A program made the translations under genes and the position numbers. Under the pieces are notes generated by a model. The model saw only the letters and a list, made by a program, of their open reading frames with translations, did no database searches and was not told the DNA's origin. A stretch of 64,000 nt of DNA from Octopus vulgaris (Eukaryota), in the NCBI GenBank assembly GCA_951406725.2, contig OX597829.1, positions 32,426,001 to 32,490,000 of the forward strand, written 5' to 3'. The stretch's first letter is position 1, and each line of letters begins with the position of its first letter. This document shows positions 1 to 12,178 of the stretch, one piece after another.

Positions 1-507
1 CTGAGATCAATGTAATCAACTAGCCACCTCTCCCCAAATTTCTGGCCTTATTCCTATAGTAGAAAGGATTATTATTATTAAGGTGGTGAACTGCCAAGAT
101 TGTTAACACATTGGACAAAATACTTAGCCGCATTTTGCCCATCTTTGTGTTCTGAGGTCAAATTCTGCCAGGGTCAACTTTGCCTTTCATCTTCTTGAGG
201 TCGATAAATTAAGTACCAGTTGAATACTGGGGTCAATGTAATCGACTATGCCCCTTACCCAAATTTCAGGCCTTGTGTCTATAATAGAAAGGATTATTAT
301 TATTTAAGTAGGTGGTGAGCTGGTTAAATCATTAGCTCACTGGAGAAAATGCTTATTGGCATTTCATCTATCTATATGTGTTGGGTTCAAATTCTGCCAA
401 GGTCAATTTTGCCTTTCATCCTTTTGGGGTCAATAAAATAAGTACCAGTTAAGCACTGAGGTCGATGTAATCAACTGGATCCTTCCCCCAAATTTCAGGC
501 CTTGTAT
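1..507 (+). mobile_element. Tandem array of three Nin/Deu-domain tRNA-derived SINE copies separated by (TTA)n tails
   Basis: Repeated units (3' part 1-80, 81-303, 311-507) carry GCCTTTCATCCTTT.GGGTC.ATAAA..AGTACCAG, homologous to the intact copy at 41957; many CpG->TpG/CpA changes. Confidence 0.8.
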
Positions 508-776
508 TAGGGTATTTTTTATATAGATTTACATACAATGTACTCATCAACATGCCACCAGTGAATGGAAAAAATATAAAAGCGTTTAATCCAAACAAAG
601 AATGGAGATGATTGTATTTGTTGTTTACTGATCATAAATTTTACTCTAAATATTAGACCAACCGTAAAACACTATCATTATGTGTGTTTAAAAATTGTTT
701 GGAGGTGTTATTTGGGTAAATTAGGAGGACAAGTTGAGGTTTTGGGACAAGACCTGTTTTTCCTCATATATTCTAT

Positions 777-1067
777 TATTTTGTTGTGTCTGGGGAGAGT
801 CATTTTCTTTTTGTGCCTTATAATTTAACACACTCACCAGTAAAATTTCCAAATTTCCACTTATTTCTTATTTTATTTTCCTAAAATTTTTGTTGCGTCT
901 TGCAACTTTTTCAATAGTCTTTTCAATAAGACTATTGAAAAGGTTGCAAGATGCAATGAAAATTTTAGGAAAATAGAAATAAGAAATAAGTGGAAATTTT
1001 ACCGGTGAGTGTGTTAAATTGTAAGGCACAAAAAAAGAAAATACTCTCCTCCAGACACAACAGAATA
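777..1067. repeat. Foldback palindrome with ~145-bp arms
   Basis: 777-921 is the reverse complement of ~928-1067 around a few-nt loop. Confidence 0.9.
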
Positions 1068-1239
1068 TGCTTCGACACACGAACTCATATAAAGAATCTT
1101 GAAAACCAAATCCCAAAACGAAACATTCATGATAAACAAGGATAGATGTACTAATAAAATACTGGAGATCAATAAAATCTACAGGCCCCCCACATCCAAT
1201 ATCTGACCTTGTGTGCTTGTCAGAAAATTTATTTAAACA

Positions 1240-1540
1240 GGTGAAGGTGTGACTATGTTTTAAAAAGCTTGCTTCCCAACCACATGGTTCCAGGTTCACT
1301 CCCACTACGTGGTACCTTGTGCAAGTTTCTTCTGCTATTAGCCCTTGGCCAACCAAAAATCTTTTAAGTGAATTTGGTAGATGGAAATTGATGAAAAAAA
1401 GCTCATCATTTATTTCCATGGGGAAATATTACCTTGTTTATAGATAGGAAGGGCATTTGGCTGCGGAAAAATCTACCATTATAAATTCCACCGTACCCAT
1501 GTAAGCATGGAAATGTGGACGTTAAATAATGATGATGAGC
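1240..1540 (+). mobile_element. tRNA/CORE-type SINE variant with (ATG)n tail, decayed
   Basis: Head similar to the 16267 family (CCAACCACATGGTTCC...CCTTG.GCAAGT) but a different 3' end (GGACGTTAAA..ATGATGA). Confidence 0.6.
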
Positions 1541-1747
1541 ACTTAACTGGTCATATCCATTCATCAGCAAGTGTCTTCTATTCAGAGAACAAAGAATTCT
1601 ATTTGGTAGATGGAAACTGATATTTTCAGACATTATTCCATGTATTATCTAGGTGATGTCCTAGCATGGCCGCACTTCAATGATCGTTACAAGAAAAAGA
1701 TGAAAGATTATGTTTATGACGTCAGAACTACATCATCCAATGTATTT

Positions 1748-1962
1748 TCTTTTCTACTCTAGGCGCAAGCCCTGAAATTTTGGGGGAGGGGACCAGTTGA
1801 TTAGATCAACCCCAGTACCTAACTGGTACTTAATTTATTGACCCTGAAAGGATGAAAGGCAAAATTGACCTTGGCGGAATTTGTACTCAGAATGTAAAGA
1901 CAGATGAAATACTGGTAAGCATTTCACCCTGCCTGCTAACGATTCTGCCAGCTTACAGCCTT
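1748..1962 (-). mobile_element. Nin/Deu-domain SINE
   Basis: Reverse complement of the 41957 family (ACTGGTACTTAATTTAT.GACCC.GAAAGGATGAAAGGC). Confidence 0.8.
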
Positions 1963-2190
1963 ACTCTTTTACTTGTTTCAGTTGGGACTGTGGCCATGCT
2001 GGAGCACCACCTTTAGTTGAGCAAATCAACTCCAGGACTTATTTTTGTAAGCCTAGTATCGGTCTCTTTTGCCAAACCGCTAAGTTACAGGGACATAAAC
2101 ACACCAGCATTGGTTGTCAAGCAGTGTTGGGGGGATAAATAGACACACAAACATACATATATACGATGGGCTTCTTTCAGTTTCCATCTA
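1962..2190 (-). mobile_element. tRNA/CORE-type SINE, 3' half
   Basis: Matches the 3' half of the 16267 family (TTTACTTGTTTCAG...GAGCACC...CTAAGTTAC). Confidence 0.75.
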
Positions 2191-2454
2191 ATAATAATAA
2201 TAATGATAATAATAATACATCCACTATATCTTTCCATGGTAGAGTGTAATTTGAAAGAGATTTAGTTGCTATTACTAGCACGTCGAATGACTTTTTTTTG
2301 AAATGCTGACGTGTGTAAATTGTTCTTTAATGAAGTATGATGGTAAGGTGTAAAGTGAGGGAGATTTGGTTGTTATTTCTAGTAAATTGCATGACTGCAT
2401 AGAGACTTTGCTGCTTGTAGGCTCATGTATTTAACGGTATGATGATAAGCTAGA

Positions 2455-2854
2455 CGTGGAGGCGCAATGGCCCAATGGTTAGGGCAGCGAACTCACGGTC
2501 ATAGGATCGCAGTTTCGATTCCCAGACTGGGCGTTGTGAGTGTTTATTGAGCGAAAACACCTAAAAGCTCTATGAGGCTCCGGCAGGGGATGGTGGTGAT
2601 CCCTGCTGTACTCTTTCACCACAACTTCCTCTCACTCTTACTTCCTGTTTCTGTTGTACCTTGTATTTCAAAGGGCCGGCTTTGTCACTCTCTGTGTCAC
2701 GCTGAATATCCCCGAGAACTACGTTAAGGGTGCACATGTCTGTGGAGTGCTCAACCACTTACACGTTAATTTCACGAGCAGGCTGTTCCGTTGATTCGGA
2801 TCAACCGGAACCCTCATCGTCGTAACCGACGGAGTGCTTCCTTTAAAAAAAAAA
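2455..2854 (+). mobile_element. Full-length tRNA-derived SINE (third family) with poly(A) and 11-bp TSD
   Basis: A-box-like TGGCCCAATGG, B-box-like GTTTCGATTCC, short poly(A); flanked by GATAAGCTAGA at 2444-2454 and 2855-2865. Confidence 0.85.
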
Positions 2855-3126
2855 GATAAGCTAGAGTTGACGAAATGTATGTGAGTTGGAATCGGTCCTT
2901 AATCAAATATTTTTCGTTACTTTAGAATGAAAAAACCAAATGCAAAAAGAAAAAAGATCAAGAAAACAGTTAATTTCACAACATTATGTAGGGATTTTTC
3001 TGTGAAGTGATGAATGTTGATATAATGGTGCAGTCAGTGTAGCATTCATTTTTTTGCTGAGAGTCAGGTTGTTAAAACAGACTTGCATGACAGAAGTTCT
3101 GTTGGTGTTTTGATGGTAGTATCTAT

Positions 3127-3500
3127 TACTCTCTTTTACTTGTTTCAGTCATTTGACTTTGGCCATTAGTCGAGCAAATCGACCCCTGGGACTTATTCTT
3201 TGTAAGCCTAGTACTTATTCTATCGGTCTCTTTTGCCGAACCGCTAAGTTACGGGGACGTAAACACACCAGCATCGGTTGTCAAGCGATGTTGGGGGGGG
3301 GGACAAACACAGACACACACACACTCACACACATTTTATATATATACATATATACGATGGGTGTCTTTCAGTTTCTGTCTACCAAATTTACTCAAGGCTT
3401 TGGCTGACCCGAGGCTATAGTAGAAGACACTTGCCCAAGGTGCCACGCAGTGGGACTGAACCTGGAACCATGTGGTTGGTAAACAAGCTACTTACTACAT
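3127..3500 (-). mobile_element. tRNA/CORE-type SINE with internal (CA)/(TA) microsatellite
   Basis: Near full-length reverse copy of the 16267 family. Confidence 0.85.
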
Positions 3501-3779
3501 GTTTCATCATTCATGACTCTTATCAGTTTCTATTGTTGTTAGCTGATCCTACATCATGTCACCAAGCATCAGCTTGCCGCTTACCAACTGGTGACCTGAT
3601 CAGGTCTGTCTGTTATTGTGCTCATCTCTGTGTTACTGTCTGTTGTTTGATACTCTTTATAAGCTGTGTTTTAGCAGAATTAAAGCTCTGCTGATTTTCA
3701 ATCAACAATTTGGAATTTAATAGAATTTTTGCTGACATCATTCAAAGAATATGATAATATAATGTGTATTTATTGAATA

Positions 3780-4154
3780 CTAGCAGTATCGCCCGGCGTT
3801 GCTCGGGTTTGTAAGGGAAATAACTATAAAGCATTTTTAGAGAGTTATAGCCAAAAAATAGGAAAAAAAATTATGGTAAATTTATTTTTGAGAGTTAAAA
3901 GGGTGGAGTTGCGTCCCCTAGACAGTCTGTGGTTTGTGTTTCTGATTCTCGACCCCATGTCGAATTTATCGATTTTTTTCAGAACTGGGGGAACTTTTCA
4001 AAATTTTCGCTGCGTTAGTTTTGAATTATGACATTGGGCTATGTGTGTGTCAAGTTTCATCAGAATCGGTTGAAAGCCGTGGTCAGGGTGAGGGTACAAC
4101 CTAACAGACACACAGAAACACACACAGACAAACTGCCGTTTATATAGAGAGAGA
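3780..4154 (-). mobile_element. Non-autonomous Helitron
   Basis: On the minus strand: 5' TCTCT..TATATAAAC and 3' hairpin CCCGAGCAACGCCGGG followed by CGATACTGCTAG; same 3' end as 12151-12178. Confidence 0.85.
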
Positions 4155-4569
4155 CCATTGGTTAGATTTTTCTTGACATCATTATACCTGTTAGTTGTTT
4201 TGATCAAATTCTAAAAATTCCTAGTAAACCAATGGTCAGATTTTTACTAACATGATAAAATACCAGTTTTGTGTTTGGAAACCAAGAGGCTCCAAGTTTA
4301 AATCGCAGTATAGATCTGTTACATGTGTAGCATGTAAAAGTGTACCTGATGGTTGTTAATTGCTCTTGTCATTTTTCCGTCAATCAGCTATGATTTGAGC
4401 TGACCTGACCAAAAGCATCCCAGCCATGATCATTCACCTTTTTATTTAAACAATGTCTACAGAATCCGACAATCCAGTGCGCCATTCCTCATTTTAAGGT
4501 GGTAGATTGAGATGTGATTTAGCTGCTATTTCTAGCCGATAGCTAATGATTACAAGTTGTTAATGGCAG

Positions 4570-4707
4570 TCAGCTTGCTTACCAACCACATGGTTACGGG
4601 TTCAGTCCCACTGCGTGGCACCTTGGGCAAGTCTCTTCTACTATATCCTCGGGCCGACCAAAGTCTTGTGAGTGGCTTTGGTAGACGGAAACTGAAAGAA
4701 GCCCATC

Positions 4708-4753
<46 letters not shown>

Positions 4754-4965
4754 GTGTGTATATGCTGTGTATCTGTGTTTGTCCCCACAACATCGTTTGA
4801 TGCTGGTGTGTTTAGGTTTCCGTAACTTAGCGGTTCGGCAAAAGACCGATAGTATAAGTACTAGGCTTACAAAGAATAAGTTCTGGGGTCGATTTCAACT
4901 AGAGGCAGTGCTCCAGCATGGCCGCAGTCAAATGACTGAAACAAGTAAAAAGAGAGAGAAAGAGT
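4570..4965 (+). mobile_element. tRNA/CORE-type SINE
   Basis: Homologous to the 16267 family across its length. Confidence 0.85.
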
Positions 4966-5189
4966 GCTATCATTACAGTTTTGAGTTCAAAATTGGCTCA
5001 ACCATGAATCTTCATCTCTTCATATATTAAATTTATGGTCCTTACTCAATTTCCTGTGCTCCTAATAGCCTTTAGTATTGCAATAGCTGTATTAATGGTT
5101 CAAATAAAATCTTTCAGCAGTGGCAAGAATATTTTACTGACTTGCTAAATTACTCATCAAACACTGATTGATTTATATTTAGGTCCCAT

Positions 5190-5880
5190 TCATCGCATAC
5201 CAATTAAAATGCTTTCAGTGAAGTAAGAGATGCTTTATGCAAACTTAAAATGTAAAAGCTCCTGGTATTTATGACTCTCCAACAGAAGTGCTGAAAGTAG
5301 GGCAAAACAGAATGTTTAGTTTTCTGAAGAATATTGAACATAATATGCAGGTAGTTTCATCAGGGATTGGAGAGATAAATTACTGAAAATGTTGAGCAAA
5401 GGAAAAGATGGTAAAGATTTACATGGTAATTCTGCAGGTATTTCTCTTCTTAGTAGGGAAAATATTGAGTGGAATTATTCTTGGTCATTTCATTCAACAT
5501 AGTCGGGCATCTTTTCTTCCCAAGACTCAATCAAGTTTTTAGAGTGGCAGAGGAACCAATGATGTGATATTTTCTGCTTGTCAACTACAAGAGAAATGAA
5601 TTGAGCAGTGACTTGACCTCTATCATTGCTTCAATGGCTTCACTAAGACTTTCGATTCAGTTGCGATATGCTATGGACAATTCTCAGAAAAGTTGGTTGT
5701 TCCAATGAATTTACAAATATCATCACATCTTTACTTGTTGGTATTGGTGAAGCAATACTTGAACCCACTTCCACTTCCAGTCAGTGGTGATATAACTGCT
5801 CTTACTCTATTTGCCTTATATTTCACTGCAGTTTTCAATCCCTTTCAAAGATAACTCTGAGGGTATTTATAGATATGGAT
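5190..5880 (+). mobile_element. Decayed RTE-clade LINE reverse transcriptase fragment
   Basis: Frameshifted translation resembles KAPG...ISLL...LP.TQS.FRSGRGTND.IFSA.QLQEK..EQ..DLY..F..FTK.FDSV; multiple stops. Confidence 0.8.
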
Positions 5881-6099
5881 ATCTATATATGAAGGTGTGT
5901 TGAAAAGTTAATTTATTAAAATTATCACCGTTTTGAGAGAATATAAACAAACACCTGGAGACTATTGCGACTGATGCTGAATGAAAAAAGGGGGAATAAT
6001 CGCAAGAGCCAAGAATTCTCCGAAACTGATGAGCTTATCCATTATGATCTGTTTGCTTGTTTGTTTGTCTGTGTGTATATATACATATAACTGAACATT

Positions 6100-6874
6100 C
6101 ATACACTTGTGTATGAAGCCTCCGTTGTACGACCAGGATGATCGCAGATATTCTCCAAATAAACAAATCGAGTGTTGAAAACCATCTGCATTAACTTGGT
6201 TACGCCATCAGGTTTTATGTTCGGGTCCCACATCAACTGATTGAGGCTAATCTCGCTCAATGGATTTCCTTTTGCAATTCGTTGCAGAAACGACGTGAAG
6301 AAAATAACCCTTTTCTTGAAGAGAATGGTCTACAGGGGACGACAAATAGGTCGTCTATAACAATGTGAAGAGCAAACGCTCACGGAGGAAGTGTGGAAAA
6401 CCACCACAAACAACCTCCAAAGCAGAACTTCATCCGAAATTTGGTGGGATTGGAAAAGTGTTGTCTTTTACGAGCTTCTTTCTAAAGACAGGACCAGCAC
6501 TTTTTAATTGTAAGGGCATTGCCTTTCATCACGACAATGCCACACCGCATACTTCTATGCAGATGTAAAAGTTTTGCCTCACTCTCCATATTCGCCCGAT
6601 CTTGTGCCTTCAAATTTCCACGTATTTCAGTCTCTTCAAAATTCATTGAATGCACGGACGTTCAACTTTGAAGTGGTTGTAAAATTTCTCTCGGAAGGGG
6701 TTTTTCGCTGGTAAAGGCAGGAAATTCTTAAAACAGAAAATAACGAATCTGCTTACAAGATGGCAGAAGATACTGGAATGAAACTATATCATTGGTTGAA
6801 TAAATTACTTTGTGTTTAAAACTTGTGTCTTGTTTTTGCTTTAAAAATGTGTGGACTTTTAGGGCAATCCAATA
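6100..6874 (+). mobile_element. Decayed mariner transposase remnant with right TIR
   Basis: Fragments DDK.VVYNNV, WWDWKSVV, FHHDNATPHTS, PYSPDLVPSNFHVFQSLQN; ends ..GGACTTTTAGGGCAATCCAATA. Confidence 0.85.
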
Positions 6875-7599
6875 CACATACACATATACAAAAAGGGAGA
6901 GAGAAAGAGAGAAGGGGGGAAGAGAGCGAGGGAGAGATTTGACATAGGTCAGAAAGAGAGCCAGACAAGCAGATAGTTGAGTTCAACGAGATGCATATCT
7001 GTTCTTTTAAGCCTAATCAAAAATGACCATCGGTAAATAAATATATATGGAAATATAAACGACCACCATTCTTAGTAGTCTTTTATTTATAATTCTGAGG
7101 AAATGTTGAGTGCCAGAGAAGCAAACAAGAAAATTATTGACAGCTGGACTTACTGTATATTCCGATAGTGACAGAATGTGGTGATGATATTTTGGAATGG
7201 AAAACAATCTCTTGTTGTTCAATGAGGACAGTATCTTCTTTGGTTGAGAGACATGCCTGCATATAAGAATATTATACAAGCACCCTGCCCCACAAATCAC
7301 ACGTAAATACGTGTGTGCATGCGTGCGTGTGTACATACATATATATATAGGTGTGTGAACCTACATACACACACATACACACATATATACATTCGAATAT
7401 ATGTACGTGTATATATAAACATAAATTTCTAAATATCCATACATACATACATGTGTGAGTGTGTATATATATATACATACATACATACACACACACACGC
7501 GCATATACCAGAAAAGGCATAAAATAATGGGCTATACATATTTACTTATTTGTGCATTGTAGACTTATAACTGTTTCTAAGATGTAAGTCATAAGTGCA

Positions 7600-8420
7600 T
7601 TCATAGTTCCGTTTGCTCAATTTATAAAATTGAGCGAACTTAATAAATCATTATCATATTTAGAACCCGCACGTTTCGCATCGGTGTGAAGGCTCTGAAG
7701 ATTATAGTATTTGTTTATGTCGTTCGCGTCTGAGAAACAGCTGTAAGTCTATGATGCACAAATAAATCATATAAAGGCCATTATTTATGACTTTTCTTGT
7801 ATATCTCTCTGGGGAAATATAACCATGGATTTACAAAGTCGACCAGTGATAGACTTCGATTTTGGATCTCGCCTTAGGATCACCTGGAATTCTATACTAA
7901 CCTTTTGTTAGTCAGGTGTATTTGTATTAGCAGAGTACTTGAGAACTATTTTGCCTGGACTAATAATGCTTTATTAACGACACTTTATTCTGATATATAT
8001 ATATATGTAAATGTAAGCTATGCTTAGCTGAAAGAGCTCAGATTCTTTTCAGGTCTAAGATTTCTAACTCACTACTGAGCTCTAGGTTTGAAATTTTCAG
8101 CGCTTGTAAACATATGTCTAAGTTCCTTTTGAACGATTGGAAAATTCCGCCTATATCTAATTGATTTGTTGGTATGTTTTTTTTTTGCAGTCTTGTAATT
8201 TAAGGTCTAAATTTTCACCTATTTCTGTTTACTTTTTCGTTTTCTGTTTTTTAACCTTCTACGTTTTCTATATGCTTCTTTCTCGAGTCTTCGCATTTCT
8301 TCTCTCATTCAGTTTTTAGTTCGTTATACTATATGGTTGACTGTGCGGAGATGTTACACGTGTTATAATTCATTATTTGGCATTGTGTCTATTAAATAAT
8401 ATTTATCTTTCACTACACAT
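7600..8420 (-). mobile_element. Probable decayed Penelope-like element fragment
   Basis: Minus-strand YRIPGD-like segment near 7885, GAAACAGCTGTAAG hammerhead-like remnant at ~7733, and a GIY-YIG fragment nearby at 9.0-9.2 kb; heavily decayed. Confidence 0.35.
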
Positions 8421-8473
8421 TTTTTTGTTGATCTTACCATCATAGAAGAGTACATTACACACACGCGCACGCA

Positions 8474-8688
8474 CTAGAGGGGGTACTGAAAAGTTCCTGG
8501 TTTTGGGTAAAAGAAAATACAGGAGGATCAGTTAATTATGATTTTATTCAACATAGTCCCATCTCAGATTCACACACCGCAACGATCCTTAAATTTTTCT
8601 AAGCCCTGTAAAAGAACTCGGAAGGGTTTCAGGAAAGGCCTACTTTCCTGAAACCCTTAAAGCCAGGAACTTTTCACCCCCACCTCGT
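8474..8688. mobile_element. Mariner-derived MITE
   Basis: Terminal inverted repeats GAGGGGGTACTGAAAAGTTCCTGG / CCAGGAACTTTTCA..CCCACCTCG. Confidence 0.7.
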
Positions 8689-8699
8689 GTATGTATGCA

Positions 8700-8776
<77 letters not shown>

Positions 8777-9021
8777 AAGTCTTTCTCTCTATCTATCAAT
8801 ATATATATATATATATATATGTATATGTCTATCTGTTTACATTCATATCTATTTACCCACATACATATGCATATACGTACATGTACACACACATCTACAT
8901 AATAGCCCACTAACTATACTACCTTTATATATATATATATATATACATATATATAAACTGTGGGTATGGGGCTGTGATTACCTACTACGTATATTTCCTA
9001 TTTAGTACGGGTATGTTTTAT

Positions 9022-9235
9022 TTATGAGACGCACTCCCGTGTTTGTCTGAGTGTTAGGTCTTTTGAGTGCTTGAATAAAATGCGGATGTCACGTTGACCC
9101 AAGTTGCCTCCATGTTGGTCCTTGGCATGATGGTCGAGTATGGAGGATTGTTTTCTGTCGTCATATTGTCTCAAATGTTCATTTAGTCTTTCCGCAATGC
9201 TCCAAGATGTCTCTCCTATGTATGCCGTAAGTAAA
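9022..9235 (-). mobile_element. Penelope-like GIY-YIG endonuclease fragment
   Basis: AYIGETSWSIAERLNEH...SSILDH...RE motif of GIY-YIG nucleases. Confidence 0.8.
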
Positions 9236-9688
9236 TGGATATAAATGTAAACAGATAGACATAGAGACGGATAGCTACATAGGCAATATGAACAGACAAG
9301 CACACATACATACGCAAATGGAGACTGAAACATATATTCACACACACTTCACTTCACGCAAAGACACATATGGAGGAACACATCCATACATGCGTACACA
9401 GTATATAGTCACGAAAACCCTTACTCAGACACACTCATACATGCATACACAAGGAGACAGAGGTATACACACACACACACACACAAGCACACAAATGCGA
9501 ACTTACAAACACATGAATATCCAGAATACATACATATAAACATACACATATACATACGCACACACACATACATGCATACACACACTTACATGCATGCATG
9601 CATACATACATACATACATACATACATACATACATACATACATACATACATACATACATACAAATATTTATCAGTGGCGACTCCGGCC

Positions 9689-10380
9689 GCTTTAGTCCAC
9701 TGCCTCCATACGCGCAGCGTCTCATCGCAGACGTTGGTCGCCTCGTCTCTTGTGTGGCACAATACATAGCCATTCATCTCCCGAAAGTCCAGTACCAGTC
9801 TAACTTTGCCCTTTGTTGGTTGCACCACTGCCATTAGAGGTAGGACTCTGCTCACCACCTCCTCTTTCCAGGGAATAAGGACACCTTCTCTACCTCTTCT
9901 TCAAACACGCTCCTGTCGTGTCTTTTCGGTGTATGCTGGTAGCAGCTCACCGTGTTCTTCAGCGTCGGGGGTCCCTTTTTTTCCAGCGCCACTCTATCGT
10001 CCATCGAACGCCATCCGAAAATCCTTGTCTTCAATGGCGTAGTGCAGTTCACATTCCCGACTCACGGCTCACGACGCTTCCACCGCACCAAACGAAACCA
10101 CGTCCATCCTCATTAAATTGTCAATCCCGTCTACCACGTAGTCGATCACGATCGCCCGCAGCCTTAGCGTTGTGCCTCACACCGCTATATCCACATCACC
10201 GCTACCCTTGCACTCGATTTCGCCGCCGTCGACTGCCCGAACGCTACTCGTCCCCTTCCAATTTTTGGGTCACGAGAGTCGTCGTGCAGCCCGTGTCCAC
10301 GAGGGCCTTGAATGTGTTTCTCCTGCCCACGACCTCAACTATGGACAGTGACTTCACCATTGCCTCTACTCGTTCGCGGG
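9689..10380 (-). mobile_element. Gypsy-like LTR retrotransposon pol fragment (aspartic protease + RT N-terminus), frameshifted
   Basis: KALVDTGCTTTLV (DTG protease) at ~10275-10310; LPLMAVVQPTKGKVRLVLDFREMNGYV (RT) at ~9765-9845; gag-end-like AACGAGTAG at ~10370. Confidence 0.8.
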
Positions 10381-10478
10381 GGAAGTTTGAGAGGCAACAA
10401 CTTTCCTAGACACAACAAGATTTGTTTCAACACACGAATTCACGTAAAAAATCTTGCAAACAAGATACAAAAGCGAAA

Positions 10479-10508
<30 letters not shown>

Positions 10509-10509
<1 letters not shown>

Positions 10510-11054
10510 CTTATTATAAAAGGCAGATTTTATCTGCCTCCCTTTGTCAGTTATAGAAATCTACAATATAGGATTTCTTCAATTACAATTTGCCTAGCAT
10601 TTTTAAGAGTAGAATGCATCGGGTCATGCCAGGTCCAGTTTTTCAAATTTCAACTCCAATTAAGCAAAATTTACAGAAAACTCACATTCTGTTGTGTATG
10701 TCAAATGCTTTTCTTAATGTGGTTTACACCACACGCACACGCACACACAGAGTGTGCAACGAATAAAATGAAAGTAAATAGCGACAGAGTGATTTGAGGA
10801 AGACTAAACTGAAAGTATTTAAACCACTACTCAAAAAATAAAAAAAACACAGCAAACAGAAACAAATAAATACATAACGATTTACTCCTCACACAATTTC
10901 TTCAATTAGAGTTTACCTAAGATTTTTCAAAGTACTCCATTCGGTCATGTCATAATATATTTCTTTCAATTTCACCCCCAATTAAGACAAAATTCGAGAA
11001 AACTCAATATTTTAACATTTCACTCCGAAAGCATTGATGTACATGTGTGCGTGC

Positions 11055-11093
<39 letters not shown>

Positions 11094-12178
11094 GGGCGAC
11101 ACAGAAAGTGTGGTGTGTAAGTGAAGTGCTTTTGTTAGTGTGTGTAAAGAGACAGACAGAGTGAAAGACAGAAATAACTGAACTTTTTTTATTCACTTTT
11201 TGTAGTGAGTGACTGAGAGAGAAAAGTGAGAGAGAGGTTATGTATGTATATATGTATGTATGGCTTCAGTGACACACACACACAAAAACACATACCTACG
11301 TACACCTAAAGCACGCACACACACACACACACAAGCGGAGCGCGAACTTCAAAATTTTGGTAGTATTAATTTGCGAGCGTACTTCTAAGCGCGCGTAATT
11401 GAAAGTTTTCACTATGATATCATCACGTGCAAAAAAATTCGAAGGGTTTTGAACAATTGAGATACACATGTCACGCCTGTATTGAAACCATTGCTAAGCT
11501 GCCGTAATTGCTTAATTAAGACTTTGTTTAAATTGAAAGGGGCAAATATGTGACGAGGTTGAAAAAAAATACCCCAGAAAAAAAAATGTACTGCTGGTAT
11601 TTATATAATTCACTACTATTTTGCTACAATGTCATGAAAAAGAAAAAATTTAGGTATGTAAATCGAATTCGCCACCCCCTTTTCCCCGTTCGCGTTTGTG
11701 TAAAAAAAATTATTATTTAAGTTTTAAAAATTATTTACTTTGTTCAAAAAATATTAATATTAATTAATTTTCAAGAATTATTTAATTTTATTCTGTAAAA
11801 TAGTAATTAATTCATTTATCTGTAAATCCGCGAGGTTGTTACTCAGGCACCTACACCTCAGGTAACCTTCAACTAACACTATCTCCTCCGAGACCCTGCG
11901 GCGCAAGTTGACCAAAATTGAGAGTATGGTAGAAGAAGGGTTGCTCTTCCTTCCGTAGAACATAAAATTCAAATCGGACCATGTTAACACCAAAAATTAT
12001 TTACATCAAAAAGATGCTTTTTTCTATGAAAATCCCTATTTTTTACGATTTTTTCACTGCTGTGTCGCCACTTTTCGGTGTATTTCGACCAGAAAAATGT
12101 TCACAAAATTTTTACTTTTCAAAATTACAATTCCAGCGGGTCGAAACAAACCCGAGCAACGCCGGGCGATACTGCTAG
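10509..12178 (+). mobile_element. Helitron unit 1 (non-autonomous)
   Basis: 5' TCTTATTATAAAAGGC preceded by A; 3' hairpin CCCGAGCAACGCCGGG plus CTAG at 12175-12178. Confidence 0.88.

Noticed and set aside
1-507. CRISPR-like regularly spaced repeats
   Set aside because: Units are ~220-bp SINEs in eukaryotic DNA; no constant short repeat with unique spacers and no cas genes.
868-1419. 183-aa minus-strand ORF
   Set aside because: Runs across a palindrome arm and a SINE; no protein motif.
2455-2540. tRNA gene
   Set aside because: A/B boxes belong to a SINE head with body, poly(A) and TSD; no complete cloverleaf recognised.
3153-5030. Recurring ORFs such as DGLLSVSVYQIHSQGFGRPEAIVEDTCPR
   Set aside because: Chance translations of the high-copy SINE; copies disagree in frame and stops.
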